A program made the position numbers and the translations under genes. From Anthoceros angustus (lineage: Eukaryota > Plantae > Anthocerotophyta): a stretch of 58,266 bases of DNA. Location of the stretch: the NCBI GenBank assembly GCA_010909165.1, contig MU008224.1, positions 1 through 58,266 on the forward strand, in the 5' to 3' direction. Positions within the stretch are counted from its first letter, which is position 1. Each line of letters begins with the position of its first letter. A model generated the notes under the pieces. It saw only the letters and a program-made list of their open reading frames with translations. It was not told the origin of the DNA and did not search any database. This document shows, one piece after another, positions 14,301-27,693 of this stretch.

Positions 14301-14930
14301 GCTCGACCGCCTTGCCCACGTCCTTCTCGGCTAGCGGCGGGGCGTGCAGCCATGGGTTTGGCTAGACCGGCGCGAACCACCGTCCGCTTGCATCGTGGTA
14401 TGGGTTGGATGCCGATCCTCGGGCATAGAACCGCTCGATGTGAGGCTTCTCCTTCTTCCCTCGATTTTCCAACTTTGATAATACATACCCCTCACGGTGA
14501 TCCCTCGAAACCGTTCTAAGAAGGCATTTTCAAAGCTTCAAGCAGGCGGGTGGGGCATTCTCCGTGGTCGGTACTTTCTCCGATACCATTGAGTTGTCCT
14601 CGGAGAACCCCTTGGAAAAATTTGGATGAGCGTCGACTCCCTCTCCGTTGAAGTTGGCTTTGGACATGAAGTCCTCCACAAAGGTCTCGCATCCGCTCCT
14701 TCTTCCCTCCGAATATGGAGTCGCTTGTTTGGTCGGTAGGGGCCATGGCTGCCATCGATGGGTTAGGCGTGTCCTACCTTCTTCCGTTGGCGTCCTTGTA
14801 CCCTGTACTCGTCTTGGTCACAATTCGACGTTCTCCCTCCTCGATCGGTGCTCTCGTTGGGTTTGGCGTCTCTCTCTCTCACGGCTCGGAGAGCGAGGTG
14901 ACCACGTCCATCCTCCGGCGGTTCACTCTT
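8215..14930 (-). pseudogene. gag-pol of gypsy internal region 1 (gag with two CCHC knuckles, protease, RT, RNase H, integrase), frameshifted, with a ~1.39-kb internal duplication
   Basis: CAVCQEHGHSKSN and WNCG..HYSNACP knuckles. LDTG protease motif (~11410-11440). RT: QYKLNPKYS..VKE.LDK, WVATIVVVPKK, KDHF.MPF, DGYSG. Integrase: GIDFVGP-like region and VSDRGTHFLND. Domain order PR-RT-RH-INT. Confidence 0.93.
11250..14030. repeat. ~1.39-kb tandem duplication within gag-protease
   Basis: 12640-14030 repeats 11250-12640. Junction at shared GGTCCGG. Confidence 0.85.
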
Positions 14931-15012
14931 GACCGCCGACCTCACGCATTCACTTACCTTCTCTTCCTAAGGGCGCGGCTGCAGACCGATTTCATTCCCG
15001 GCAGCGCCAAAA

Positions 15013-17664
15013 TGTGGCGCGACTTTCTTGATGGGGCGGGGCGCGCACAATCCGTGTCGTTGTAGGAAGAAGTCCGTTCCCAAGGGAATGATAGGCCCGT
15101 TTACGCGTTTGGTGATTCCTTAGCGCTCGTTCAACTCACACACACTCCTAACTACTCGCGTTCACCGTCAGGCCGGTATGGCCAAGCGTTTGAGACCCGT
15201 TCGCGTCCGTATCGTTCACATCCTCCACGCATCGTCCTTTCCTCTCCTCTCACGCTACACTCTTGATCTTAGAAAAGGCAGGTTCTGATCGGACCTCCTC
15301 CGTCGTTCGCCGGGCCTCTCTCCTCTCACGCTACACTCTTGATCTTAGAAAAAAGCGCGGGTTCATCCGGACCTCCTCTCGTTCCGGGCCTCTCGTCCGG
15401 GCTCTACACCCTCCGGAGTTCCTCGGCTCACGTTCCAGTCCGTTGTTGGGACGCGGCTCGGAGAGCCGAGAGTGACCACGTCCGATCCTCCGGCAGTTCA
15501 CTCTTGGCCGTCGCTCGGCCACGCATTCACTTACCTTCTCTTCCTAAGGGCGCACTGCGGCACCGGACGATTTCATTCCCGAGCGCCAAAATGTGGCGAC
15601 TTTTGATGGTAGCGCACAATCCGTGTCGTTGTAGGAAGAAGTCCGTTCCCAAGGGAATGATAGGCCCGTTTACGCGTTTGGTGATTCCTTAGCGCTCGTT
15701 CAACTCACACACACTCCTAACTACTCGCGTTCACCGTCAGGCCGGTATGGCCAAGCGTTTGAGACCCGTTCGCGTCCGTATCGTTCACATCCTCCACGCA
15801 TCGTCCTTTCCTCTCCTCTCACGCTACACTCTTGATCTTAGAAAAGGCAGGTTCTGATCGGACCTCCTCCGTCGTTCGCCGGGCCTCTCTCCTCTCACGC
15901 TACACTCTTGATCTTAGAAAAAAGCGCGGGTTCATCCGGACCTCCTCTCGTTCCGGGCCTCTCGTCCGGGCTCTACACCCTCCGGAGTTCCTCGGCTCAC
16001 GTTCCAGTCCGTTGTTGGGACGCGGCTCGGAGAGCCGAGAGTGACCACGTCCGATCCTCCGGCAGTTCACTCTTGGCCGTCGCTCGGCCACGCATTCACT
16101 TACCTTCTCTTCCTAAGGGCGCACTGCGGCACCGGACGATTTCATTCCCGAGCGCCAAAATGTGGCGACTTTTGATGGTAGCGCACAATCCGTGTCGTTG
16201 TAGGAAGAAGTCCGTTCCCAAGGGAATGATAGGCCCGTTCTGCGTTTGGTGATTCCTTGGCGCTCGTTCGTCTCAACACACACATACTCTAACTACTCCG
16301 TGCGTTCACAGGCCGGTATGGCCAAGCGTTTGAGACCCGTTCGCGTCCGTATCGTTCGTTCACTCACGCATCATCCTTTCCTCTCTCCTCTCACGCTACA
16401 CTCTTGGTCTTAGAAAAAAGCGCGGGTTCTGTGATCCGGACCTCCTCGTCGTTCGCGGGCCTCTCGTCCGGGCTCTACACCTCCGGAGTTCCTCCGGCTC
16501 ACGTTCAGTCGTTCGGTGTGCGGCTCGGGCACGCATCACGATCACCCTTCCTGCACACACCACAGCGCGTTAAGTCACGGGACCTTGATCAATCTCTCCC
16601 GGGCCTGCCTTTCGGTGACTCGGGACTCACGTTAGCAAGACTCACAAGGTCGAGCGGCATCAACACCAAGAGAAAGATGCTTTACTAGGCGACCTCGGCC
16701 CTCTTATCTGCGCCCAAGGCGTCTTTATTACACCCCTATTCGGTGTTCGGTATACCCTAATCGACGCCTACCATCCTATTTCCCCTATCTCCTTCAGTGT
16801 GGTGGGAAGGTCCTGGGCCCGCCTCGGAATGGGTGGTCAATCCCGTCACGGCGGTTGTGGCGCACCCAATCGGATGATCCGTGAGGCGGGCCTCCTCTCT
16901 CCCGGAATCACATCGGGTTGGGCTCGGCGGTCGACAACCCGTTACCACGCGTCATCCTCCCACAGCCTCCCCACAGGTCCTTGCGGTGGGGCCACCCTAT
17001 CGGCTCCCCTAAGCGTAAGTCGAAGGGGCTCCTCCTTCTTGCCGATCGGTCCTCGAGGTCTGTCTCACGAACTTGAGTCGGCTTAACTAGTCCGGCCGGC
17101 TGGGTCCAGGCCTTGTCTGCAGGGGTCCGGACTCAGTCCGGACTTATTCTGGGGTCCGGACTTGAGGTCCGGCCTCCCTCGGTCCGGACAAAGTCCGGAC
17201 TCACGCCCCGGGTTTCCTCCCTCACGGGACTCCTCCGTGGCTCTCCCTCAGTCCTTCGATCGCCCGGTGACTCCCGTTGGCCCCTCCTTCCATGGTGAGG
17301 TGCGGGGTGCCTCTCGCATCCGCTCCTTCTTCCCTCCGAATATGGAGATGCGCTTGTTTGGTCGAGGTAGGGGCCATGGCTGCGCCATCGATGGGTTAGG
17401 CGTGTCCTACCTTCTTCCGTTGGCGTCCCTTACCCGTACTCGTCTTGGTCCGACAATTCGACCCGTTCTCCCTCCTCTCGATCGGCGGTGCTCTCTCGTT
17501 GGGTTTGGCGTCTCTCTCTCTCACGGCTCGGAGAGCGAGTGACCACGTCCGATCCTCCGGCAGTTCACTCTTGGCCGTCGCTCGACCGCCACGCATTCAC
17601 TTACCTTCTCTTCCTAAGGCGCACTTTGCGGCCCAGACCGATTTCATTCCCGGCAGCGCCAAAA
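15013..17664. repeat. Array of truncated LTR-edge/PBS/leader units, including an identical 569-bp tandem repeat
   Basis: The LTR start TGTGGCG recurs at 15013, 15592, 16161 and 17665, each preceded by a PBS. ORFs at 15263 and 15832 are identical (offset 569). Confidence 0.88.
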
Positions 17665-20600
17665 TGTGGCGACTTTTGCGATGGGCGGTAGCGCCACAAT
17701 CCGTGTCGTTGTAGGAAGAAGTCCGTTCCCAAGGGAATGATAGGCCCGTTCTGCGTTTGGTGATTCCTTGGCGCTCGTTCTCTCAACACACACATACTCT
17801 TCTCACTTCACCGTCTGAGCCCGGTATGGCCAAGCGTTTGAGACCCGTTCGCGTCATTATCGTTCACATCCTCACGCATCGGTCCTTTCTCTCTCTCCTC
17901 TCACGCTACACTCTTGATCTTAGAAAAAAGCGCGGGTTCATCCGGACCTCCTCTCGTTCCGGGCCTCTCGTCCGGGCTCTACACCCTCCGGAGTTCCTCC
18001 GGCTCACGCGTTCGATCCGTTCGGTGCGCGGCTCGGGGCGAGCACGGTCATCACCCTTCCACACACCACACAGCGTTAAGTCACGGGACCTTGATCTCCC
18101 GGAGGCGTGCACCTTTCGGTGACTCGGGACTCACGTTAGCAAGAAGACTCAAAGGTGCAAGCGGCATCAACACCAAGAGAAAGATGCTTTACTAGGCGAC
18201 CTCGGCCCTCTTATCTGCGCCCAAGGTGGCGTCTTTATTACCCTAGCCCATTTCGGTATACCCTAATCGGCCGCCTACCATCCTATTTCCCCCCTATCTC
18301 CTTCGCCCGTGGGTGGGAAGGTCCAGGCCCGCCTCGGAATGGGTGGTCCAATCCCGTCAGCGGTTGTGGCGCGCAATCGGATGATCCGGGGCCCCTCCTC
18401 TCCCGGAATCACATGTCGGGTTGGGCTCTGGCGGTCGACAACGCCGTTACCGACGTCATCCTCCCACGGCCTCCACAGGTCCGCCGGTGGGGCCACCACT
18501 ATCCTCCCCTAAGCGTAAGTCGAAGGGGCTCCTCCTTCTTGAGTCCGGTCCTCGAGGTCTGTCTCGACTCCGAACCCGAGTCCGGCTTCTGGTCCGTGGT
18601 CCGACCCTCTCTGGGGTCCGGACCTCGGGGTCCGGACTTTATTCGGGTCCGGACTTGAGTCCGGCCTCCCTCAGGGTCCGGACAAAGTCCGGACTCACGC
18701 CCACCGGGTTTCCTCCCTCACGGGACTCCTCAGTGGCTCTCCCTCAGTCCTCCTGTTCCCGATCGGACTCCCGTTGGCCCCTCCTTCCATGGTGAGGTGC
18801 GGGGTGCTTACCTCGATCGCATCCGCTCCTCGTTCGCTCCTCCGGTTGCTCCTCTCCGCGCTCCGTCATCTCCAAAAGGCCACTAGGGTCCCTGTCATCC
18901 CCGTGGCCTTCATCTCCTCCAGGCCTTCCAGGTCCGTCCGTCTGCGTGAGTCGAGGCTTCTCGCCGGGGCTCGCGTGGTAATAGGCAAAGTCTGATCGAC
19001 TTGTTGAATTGCCTCTTCCACGTGTGCGGAGCACCGATACTCCTCCCCATAAGTGTTAGGGGGCGTCTTTGCCGGCTTGTTGGGCCACCTCTCTGCCAGT
19101 TGTGTGGGCCCATGTCGCGAGGCTACAAGGCGGCCTCGGTCACCTCCTGTGCCCATTGCTCACTGCTCCAGCTCCGTCGTTTCCTCTCCATTGCGGCTTA
19201 CCGCCATAGCGCGGCGTTCCCTTCCGCCTTTCTCGTGGAACGGCTTCTTTTACGCTTCCGGTGCTCGCGCTCCTCGTTCATTACGGCCTTTAGCTCGCCT
19301 CTCCGGTGATCGGATACCTCGTCTCGGACTTCCTCCAGCTCCTTACATGGCAGCGTCCAACTCCTTGGATAGTCGCCGATTTTCCTCCGTCTTGAGCCGG
19401 GCTGCTCTATTTCGTGCTCGAAGTCGTGGATTCTCTGAGAATCACTGCTCAAGCGCATCTTGGGTTGTAGCTCCGTGTCCCTTGCATCCTCCATCTGCTG
19501 CCGCCTCTCCTCTACTTCCTGCGGTGCTCGGAGATCTCCTATCTCCCAGTCGCCTCCATCTCCTCCTTTGGCCTTGCACTCCATAGCCTTTGTGCGGCCA
19601 GTTAGCCTCGGTACTGTGACTCTCTCCACGGTTCGATCACGTCATGGTGATCCCGGTCGCTCTTTCGACTTGAGCTCCGCCGCCGCCTTTACAGGCCGCC
19701 CACTTGGCGCTCTGGCCGGGCCGCCTCCGCCCGGTCGAGCTCTCTGCTTGTGCCGGGCCTCTTCCGCCTCTGCTGCGCTTCCCCCTTCGCTGCAAGGTCC
19801 TCCGCGCGCTTGGCCTCTGAGCTTGCCCGGTGACCGCCTGTGAAGAACCTTCGTCTGCTTGAACCGGGCCTCGCGCTCCACCGGCGTTCCCTTCCTCGAT
19901 CCGGCGAGGGACTCCGCCTTTTCCTTTGCCCCTGGGCCGCCTTCACTTGCTCTTGGGTTCCACCATCCTCCTCGGGTGGCCTCCACTTCACAGGTCTTCT
20001 CATACCAGAGACCCCAAAGCATTCCGTCCATGGCGGTAGCGGGACTCGCCGTGTTTCTTCCACGGCCGTGAGGCCCCACAAAGTCCGTAGTGGGGCCGGC
20101 ATTTCTCGATCCGAGGACCTCCATACGCATGATCCGGGAGTAAGTCGGGTTCTCGGACCTAATCGGGACCCTCGGGTCACAGTGGTGAGTCCGAGTCTCA
20201 CCCTCTTTGGCCCTCTTGGCCTCTAACTCCTTTGTGCCCTCTTTCTCACAGCTCGGAGGAGGTGAGGGGTCGGGAGCAAGCTCTTTTGCCCCTTCACCGC
20301 CGGGGGCAGGCCGGCTCGGGGTGGGCTGCGCGGTGACCTCCTCCTTGGGCCACGTCCCTTCGCCCTCCTTACGCCTCTTGACCTCTTGCCACTCACCGTG
20401 GGCGGGGTAAGTCACCTTCGAGGTCTTTGCGTTGGTAAGCGGCACCGTCTTCCGCCTCTTGCTCCCGTTGAGTTCGTCGGGGCTCGGCGGCGTCGTGGTT
20501 GTTGGCTGTTGTCGGTCGGAGCCGCCGCCGCCCGCATCGGCTCCCTCTGTCTTTGCTCGGAGGGCACCAAAGGAGGAAGGGGAATCGCCTCCCAAACTTC

Positions 20601-21965
20601 CACAGGTGGTGAGGGGTTCGCTCAGGGCGTATGGAGTCAGGAATCCCTCGATCGTCCTCCTCCGAGTCGCTTGGTCTTGAAGGCGACCCCCACCTCAGGC
20701 GCCCTTGCACGCTCTACGGCGGGGCCTCCGGCCCCTTCCGGCGCCCTCAAGCTCTCCCTCCTTGAGCTCGAAATGTCCCCATACATGAATCGGTATGGGG
20801 TCGATGGCGAGGCTTCTCGCTCCTTAGCTTGCGTGCCTCCCGCAGGCGAAGATAATCCTTCCCAGTCGCTCTCTTCCCATGGCGCATGCGAGAATACCAG
20901 GTTATCACCAAGGTGATCCACCTTGGTGGCGAGTTCAATGGACAATGATCCGGGCTACCGCCCTTACTCATTGTCGGGATCGGATATCAACCATCCGTTG
21001 GTTGTCGCTGCGTTCGAGCCTCGACGCCGCGTGGCGGCCCTATCTTCCTTCGCCTTAAGGGCTCGCACCGCCCCTTCTTCCTCCTTGGGCGGTTGTAGGC
21101 CATCCTCGGGACCTCAAGGTCCATCGCCTCGGGTCCTCCGGAGGTTCTTGGATCGGACCTCCTTGTTGATGCCGCCCGGCATCTTCGGGCAAACTCCGGA
21201 CTAGAGAGCGTTGTCAAAGGTCCAGACCATTTGGAACACGGTGCCATCCCCGCACCAATTCCTTCCTCCGGCCGGGCGTCCGGATAGCGCGGGTCACAAT
21301 GTTGCGCTCCAGGTCCATGGCTCCCAGACTTTCGGCTTTTGGTGCCATTGCTTCTCCTCCTCTTGTATTCTTTGGCTGGCGAGTCCGGCACGATGTTCCT
21401 CCTTGCCGCGCGTTCTTGCTCCCAGCGGTGCGCGCTCTAAAGTGGCGCCCAAAAGATGGCGCGAGCGGATTGCGGGCGCAAGGGCTGTGAGGATGCGGTG
21501 CGCGGCCAAATGACCTCCCTCCTTGGCGCGCTTGTGGAAATAACTGGCGGAAGGCGCCTCTTCGTTGTCGTAGCGCGAGTGCATGGCACTCGACCCTCGC
21601 TTGCTTACTCGGCCTTCGCGCGCGGCGCGGGCGTGAATACTGCCTGCGGCCTGCGGCAAGTTACGGTCACCCCTGCATGCCGACCTCCACTCGGGGCCGT
21701 CCACGTGGCGCCGCCTCGTCATCCTCACGCCTCGCTCCTAGGTTACTTTCCTGGCGTACTTATCCTGTTTTGACACAGGTGGGTTCGGACTTATCCGTTA
21801 CTCCGTAGTCGAGCTTGCCATAGTGTGGTCCGTTGTTCACTCCGGTCAGTATACTCGGAGCCTCGTCCGGCGCTACCCCAATTTATTCCTCCTTTTCGCC
21901 TTATTTATCCTTCAATCCTAAAAAGCGAAACCCTACTTATTTCTTAACTCCCAGTGCATAGCCCA
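17665..21965 (-). repeat. Giant LTR 2 (shared middle LTR, ~4.3 kb)
   Basis: PBS on its left (17646-17661) and PPT TACTCCCTTCTCATC on its right (21966-21980). Confidence 0.9.
18509..21821 (-). CDS. LTR-embedded long ORF, copy 2
   Basis: ORF-track pieces 21294-21728, 20987-21391, 19642-20595 (317 aa) and 19198-19629 match copy 1. The same terminal stop context (CTAAGCGTA on +) is at 18509. Confidence 0.6.
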
Positions 21966-22074
21966 TACTCCCTTCTCATCATTGGCGTCTCAACACTAAG
22001 CATGATACTTCTTCACACCCGTTCACCCGGTGGGCAGCTCTCCATCTAGGCATCGTGGCGGGGCCGGACCCGTT

Positions 22075-25000
22075 GTCATATACTTGCACCACTTGTACGG
22101 ACCCATCCATCTCGGTGAAGTTTGCACAAATGCATGTGACTATCATAAAGGAGGGCGGGTCCCCCCCTTTACATACTCCATTCGCGATCGGCGATCGAAA
22201 TCTTTTATTTGGTTTTGCACCGCATCTTCGGTGAGCTTCTTCCACCGTCCCTGTGTCTTGAACAAACCCCAAGAGTCGCTCTGGCTTTCCTCTTCATCTC
22301 TCCTTCCATCATTACTCGAAAAGTGGGCACTTCAAACTCACGGCATTACGGGAGAGTGTCGTAGGTCAAGTAAAGTCCGTTGTGTGGTCACCTTCTGTCG
22401 GGCATACGGTGCGGATGGCGGCTTGGTATCCCGATCATGGGCGTAGTTCACTGTGAGTTTATTGAGGATCCTCGGATGAGCCCATTTGTCTTCTCTGTCG
22501 GCCCATTGGCCTTAGGATTGTAGGGTGCCGTCTTGCGATGATTGATGCGAAATACTCCGTCATGGCGGCCACCACATCATTAAGGAAATGGGTTCCCCTA
22601 TCACTTACCAAGCAGCGGACATCCGTGCGGGTTATGATGTTCTCGTGAATTTGGCCACGGTATTTGCGGAGTCCGTTCTTGTCGCCACGCCTCTACCACC
22701 AGTGCGATGGTCCGTTGCCACGGGATGTATCTCCTTTGTGTGTGTCTTGTGGTGTATAGGTCCAACAAAGTCAATACCCACTTTTCGAAAGGTGCCGGTG
22801 CCAATATCGGTACTAGCGCCCTTTGTGTCGTCGGGGTTGGCTTTCCGATCCGGACAAGCATCACACTTCTTCCTAAGCGGTGGGTGTCCCCATACATTGT
22901 TGGCCACGTATCCGCTTCAAAATCTTTTGGTGGTGACTCTGCGTAGTGTCCTCCCCAATCCCGTGCATTCCCACGAGCTCCTGTCTCTGCGGTTGTAAGT
23001 ACCTTCGTCTACTCCGTCAGGCCCTAATTTGAACACACACCGTTGTACATTACGAAGGGTCGAGCATAGTGCACGAATGCCTCCCTCGTCCACGAGTCGA
23101 TTTTGAAGCTCCATTCCCAGTGCGCTCCATTTCTTCGTGGGTCGGACGGCCCCTCCCTTCTCCGCTTCGCTAAGTGCAGTTCTCGTAGCTTGGGGTTCGG
23201 TCGGTGGGCTCCTCGGTTGTACTTTCTGCGGCAACCAATGTCTCATCCAGGGAGCATCTTCACGATCTCAACACACCTCTGTTTTCAATCGTGACGAAAT
23301 CGCATTTTAGTCTTGCCTCCCTTGTCTTGTTTCCACTTGACGTGAACTCCTGCAGCAACAATATCCACCTTGCTATCCGTCCGGACAGTCCGCCTTATTC
23401 AGATGCTTGAGCAAAGTGGTCTACATAGAACACAAACTCACTGGGTAGGTGTCGAATTTCTTGGTATACCATACCCGATTGCGCTCTGTAGTTGTGTATT
23501 TTCGTTCGCGTGGGTGAGCCGTCCGGTAGTATACGGGATAATCCTTCGCTTGTCGTCCTTACGGCTCGGCACTACTCCGATAGCAAAGCGGACACGTCTA
23601 CATACACATGAAATTTCTTGCTCGATCCGGTCCTCTTAGAACGGTGCGCTTACCAAGGTGTTAGTAAATCCGAAGGCCTCCTCTCGCTCCGTGACCGGTC
23701 CAAACCTCCTCCTTGATGGTTACATCACTTAGCCCTCTTACAAAGTCCTTAATAAACGCGGTAGTATCCCACCATTCCGAGAAATCTCGGCTCCTTTAGG
23801 TTCGTGGTAATGGATGATGACGGACCTTGTCTGGTCCACCTCGATTCAGCCCAGATGTCCGACAAGATTCCTCCGTCATTCCAAAGTAGCATTTCTCGGT
23901 GTAGGCTCAATTGAGTCTCGGCGCTCAAGCACCTTCTTAGATGCCCAAGGTGTTTGTCCTGCTCCCCATGCACACAAAATCATCCAGAATATCTCCATGA
24001 AGTCCCTCGAGTCACGGAAGGCGTTGGTCACCATACGCATGAGCGACCACAGCGCTCGGTCATCCCAAAGGCACTTCTCTTGTAGGCAAGCGTACCCACT
24101 CGTGTGAAGGTCGTCTTGTCGGTCAAACTCCCTTAGGTGCAATTGGTTGTCCGAGTAGCCATCCGGGAAGGAGTAAGTAGTCCGTCCACCTTGTCCAAAA
24201 TGTCGTCTGAATGGCATCGGAAGTGGTCCTTCTCCGTTCTTGCGTTGAGCTTCCTCAATCTTGGCATACCGAATTTGTCTGGCTTCTTGGGAACCACCAC
24301 AATCGGCGACCCACTCGGCTGTGACGATGGGGAAAATGATGTCTGCCTCCGGTACTTATCAAGGACCTCCTTCACCTTGATCGAATACTTGGGGTTGAGC
24401 TTGTATTGTCGGATTGATGGCACCGCTCCGGCTTCAAATCGATCTTATGCTCTCCCACTTCTTGAATGCCCTTCATGTGACCTTGAAGGCGAACACCTCA
24501 TAAAACTCCCCAGGCTGCTTTAGTCCTTCCTTCAGTCCGGGCATGCCTTTCTTAAACTTGAGAATTTGCACGGCGGACCTCCACTTCTTCCACGTCGTCC
24601 GGGTTCACCGTCTCCGTTCTCGTCTTTGCCTCGCTGCGTCAAACCCTCGTCCTCCACTCGGGGATCGTCCTCTCGCATCCCCATTCTCGAAGAGCTCGTC
24701 GGAGGTGAATCGTGTTACTCCTTGATGTCGCTTTTCCTTGGTCCGACTCTGTCTCCCCTTGTCTTTGGTCCGACCTCCTCTTCACTTCCTTCCTCCGGCC
24801 CGTTGTGGCGTTTACTAAAACAATCAACCACTTCCGCAAAGGCATCCGCGGTAGTCCATCTCCTCCTCGGACCCGGCGGATCTTGGCGAAAAGTGCCTCC
24901 TCGGAACTATCTTGTTCGTCGCCGTGGAGTCCTCCGAGGTATACCCCAGTAGTGCTCACGGTTTTCCACAATAGGTGTCCTTGCTCCGGTGATAGCAACC

Positions 25001-27400
25001 CTCCCTTCGCACCTTAGGGTCCCGGTCCACCGGCTTGAAGTGAATCTCCTTCCTTCCAAAGTGTAGCTTTATGCAGGCCAACCCACCATGGCCGCCCACC
25101 TCATACCCTAATGGTCGGCGGTTTGATCACAACAAAATCCGGTTTGTAGGGTGCGCGGCTATGGTGGCCAAGACTCGGTTAACTCCCCGGATCTCTTCTT
25201 GACATATACGCCATTCTCGAGTCTTCGTTGAGGTTGAAGGATGTGAAGCCCAACCGTCTAGCTTGATGAGGTTGACTCGGACCCGTGTCCAGCGGTACAT
25301 CCTTGATGATACATCCAATCTCCACTTGTACCTGGCGCCACAGGTCCGTATGGGACACCACCCTCACTTCCGTGCTACCCTTCACGGCTTTGGTGCTCAT
25401 GTGGGTTTCCCTAACGGACGGACCTCTTGCGTTTGGGTTATCCTCGGTTGTCGAAAGGACACAAGGTCTGTGATTCATCATCGGTCACGCTTAAAGGAGG
25501 CTTCTACCCCAATCGAGGATCCTAACTGCGTCCTCATCCTCTCCCGGTCACTTAGTGTTACGGTATTCTCCGGATGCTTGCGCATTTCCTCCTGCAACAT
25601 CTCGGTCACCTCCGGACTACGTCCGTGGAAGCTAACGTCGCCGTCGCGGGGCACGCCGTTCCTTCTCCATCTGCGGAGAACTTCCTTGGGTAATCCCTCC
25701 GTGAGCTGCCGTCCTGCCCTCCTTCATCGGTCGGATCCTGCTGGTATTTCCGTTTGATTGCCTTCCTCGGCGTCGTGGCCTTCCTCCGATCTTGTTCTTC
25801 TTCAATGGCGCCTTTCTCGTCGCTCCTTCCTTGACTCTGAGACACCTCAAGATTTCCAGCTCCTTCCTTTCGACACCCCAGTACCTTCTTGTTCTTTTCC
25901 ATCTCGCGTACCTCTGGGAATCTCTTCCACTCCATGTGAGCATCTTGACTTGCCGTGCAGTAGGTCTTAGGAGGTGGCGTTGGTGGTCGGGTTCTCCGCT
26001 TGGTGTGGCATATCGTACCGTCCTTGTGCGGGGTTGGGACATAATCTTTCGCCATACCCGGCCTTGCGATCGCCACCAGCTCAAGTCCCCATTACCACCT
26101 CGTTGAGTGCGGACACGCGTTGGAGTAATGGCGATTCCGCGTTCCAGCGGACCACGGCCGTCGGAGGATACGAAGGGCTCCCATGCGGTCTTTGCATCGG
26201 TGGGGCTCGTTGTATTGTGGACCTCCGGTTGGCGGATACATGGTTTTGGGATATCGCGGCCCGGAGGGCTTCACACTGATAGGCCTCTTCCCATTGCTCC
26301 TCGGCCTCCTCCTCGTGTTCGTAGTCCACTTGATGCAGGCCTTGAGGCGGTTGGATTCGAATGGCGTGTTCTTGGCACACGGCACACGGCACGGTGCGTT
26401 CGCCGTGGTCGGTGTTTTCCGCGCTCTCGGTCCTTAACTGGTTTATCGCCGGGTCCTCTACTCTCTTTATCACTTTTCGGGTCCTCCGGACTGCTACCTC
26501 TTGAGTCGGGTCCGTGGAGCTTCTCGGACGGTCTTGGTGTCACCACCTCCTTCTTACCACCTTCTTTTTGGGCTTTCTTGCTCTTCTTCTTGCGGGGATA
26601 CTCTTCCTCGCTAGAGACCTCTCTCTTCTTGGACTGCTCCTCCTCGAAGACACCTCCGATTGGTCTTCCTCCTCCTCAGAAGACTCTTCCTCCTCAGTCG
26701 AACCCGTTTCTTCTTCTTCTTCTTGCCTCCTTGAGCGGTTCTTTATCCTCGATGTAGCGATTCCTCGTAGTTTTTCGCTCGACCGCCTTGCCCACGTCCT
26801 TCTCGGCTAGCGGCGGGGCGTGCACAGCCATGGGTTTGGCTAGACCGGCGCGAACCACCGTCGCTTGCATCGTGGTATGGGTTGGATGCCGATCCCTCGG
26901 GGCATAGAACCGCTCGATGTCTGAGCCCGGCTTCTCCTTCTTCCTCGCTTGATTTTCCAACTTTGATAATACATACCCCTCACGGTCGATCCCTCGAAAC
27001 CGTTCTAAGAAGGCATTTTCAAAGCTTCAAGCGAGGCGGGTGGGGCATTCTCCGTGGTCGGTACTTTCTCCGATACCATTGAGCGGTGTCCTCGGAGAAC
27101 CCCTTGGAAAAGGCTGGATGAGCGTCGACTCCCTCTCCGTTGAAGTTGGCTTTGGACACGAAGTCCTCCACAAAGGTCTCGCATCCGCTCCTTCTTCCCT
27201 CCGAATATGGAGTCGCTTGTTTGGTCGGTAGGGGCCATGCTGCGCCATCGATGGGTTAGGCGTGTGTCCTACCTTCTTCCGTTGGCGTCCCTTGTACCCG
27301 TACTCGTCTTGGTCCGACAATTCGACCACGTTCTCCCTCCTCGATCGTGGTGCTCTCTCGTTGGGTTTGGCGTCTCTCTCTCTCACAGCTCGGAGAGCCG
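22075..27400 (-). pseudogene. gag-pol of gypsy internal region 2, frameshifted
   Basis: Colinear copy of region 1: IKDVPLDTG, GSPIVVVPKK, RKLNARTEKDHF, RFLGMVGYYR, APFEKW, GIDFVGP. Confidence 0.93.
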
Positions 27401-27502
27401 GAGTGACCACGTCCGATCCTCTGACGGTTCCTCTTGACGTGCTCGACCGCCGCATTCACTTACCTTCTCTTCCCTAAGGGGCGCGCACCACGGACCGATT
27501 TC

Positions 27503-27521
27503 ATTCCCGGCAGCGGCGCCA
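27503..27521 (-). promoter_or_regulatory. Primer-binding site, tRNA-Asp type (degenerate copies at ~14994-15009, ~15575-15588, ~16144-16157, ~17646-17661)
   Basis: The minus strand reads LTR..CACA-TTT-TGGCGCCGCTGCCGGGAAT. This is close to the TGGCGCCGTTGCCGGG tRNA-Asp PBS known for Athila-type elements. Confidence 0.85.
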
Positions 27522-27693
27522 AAATGTGGCGCGACTTTTCTCTTGATGGCGCGCGCACAATCCGTGTCGTTGTGGAAAGTCCGTTCCCAAAGGGATGATA
27601 GGCTCCGTTTACAGCGTTTGGTGATTCCTTAGCGTCGTTCAATCTCAACACACAGGACTCTAACTTCTCTAGCGTTCACCGTCTGAGGCCGGT

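Noticed and set aside
15013-17664. CRISPR-like array
   Set aside because: Units are hundreds of bp of retrotransposon sequence, with no unique spacers and no cas genes.
8215-27400. Reading the frameshifts as ancient decay or programmed frameshifting
   Set aside because: They are mostly 1-2 nt deletions at different positions in each copy with few substitutions, which is more like long-read consensus error. This cannot be settled without reads.
27503-27521. tRNA gene
   Set aside because: Only ~19 nt complementary to a tRNA 3' end, located beside an LTR, so it is a PBS.
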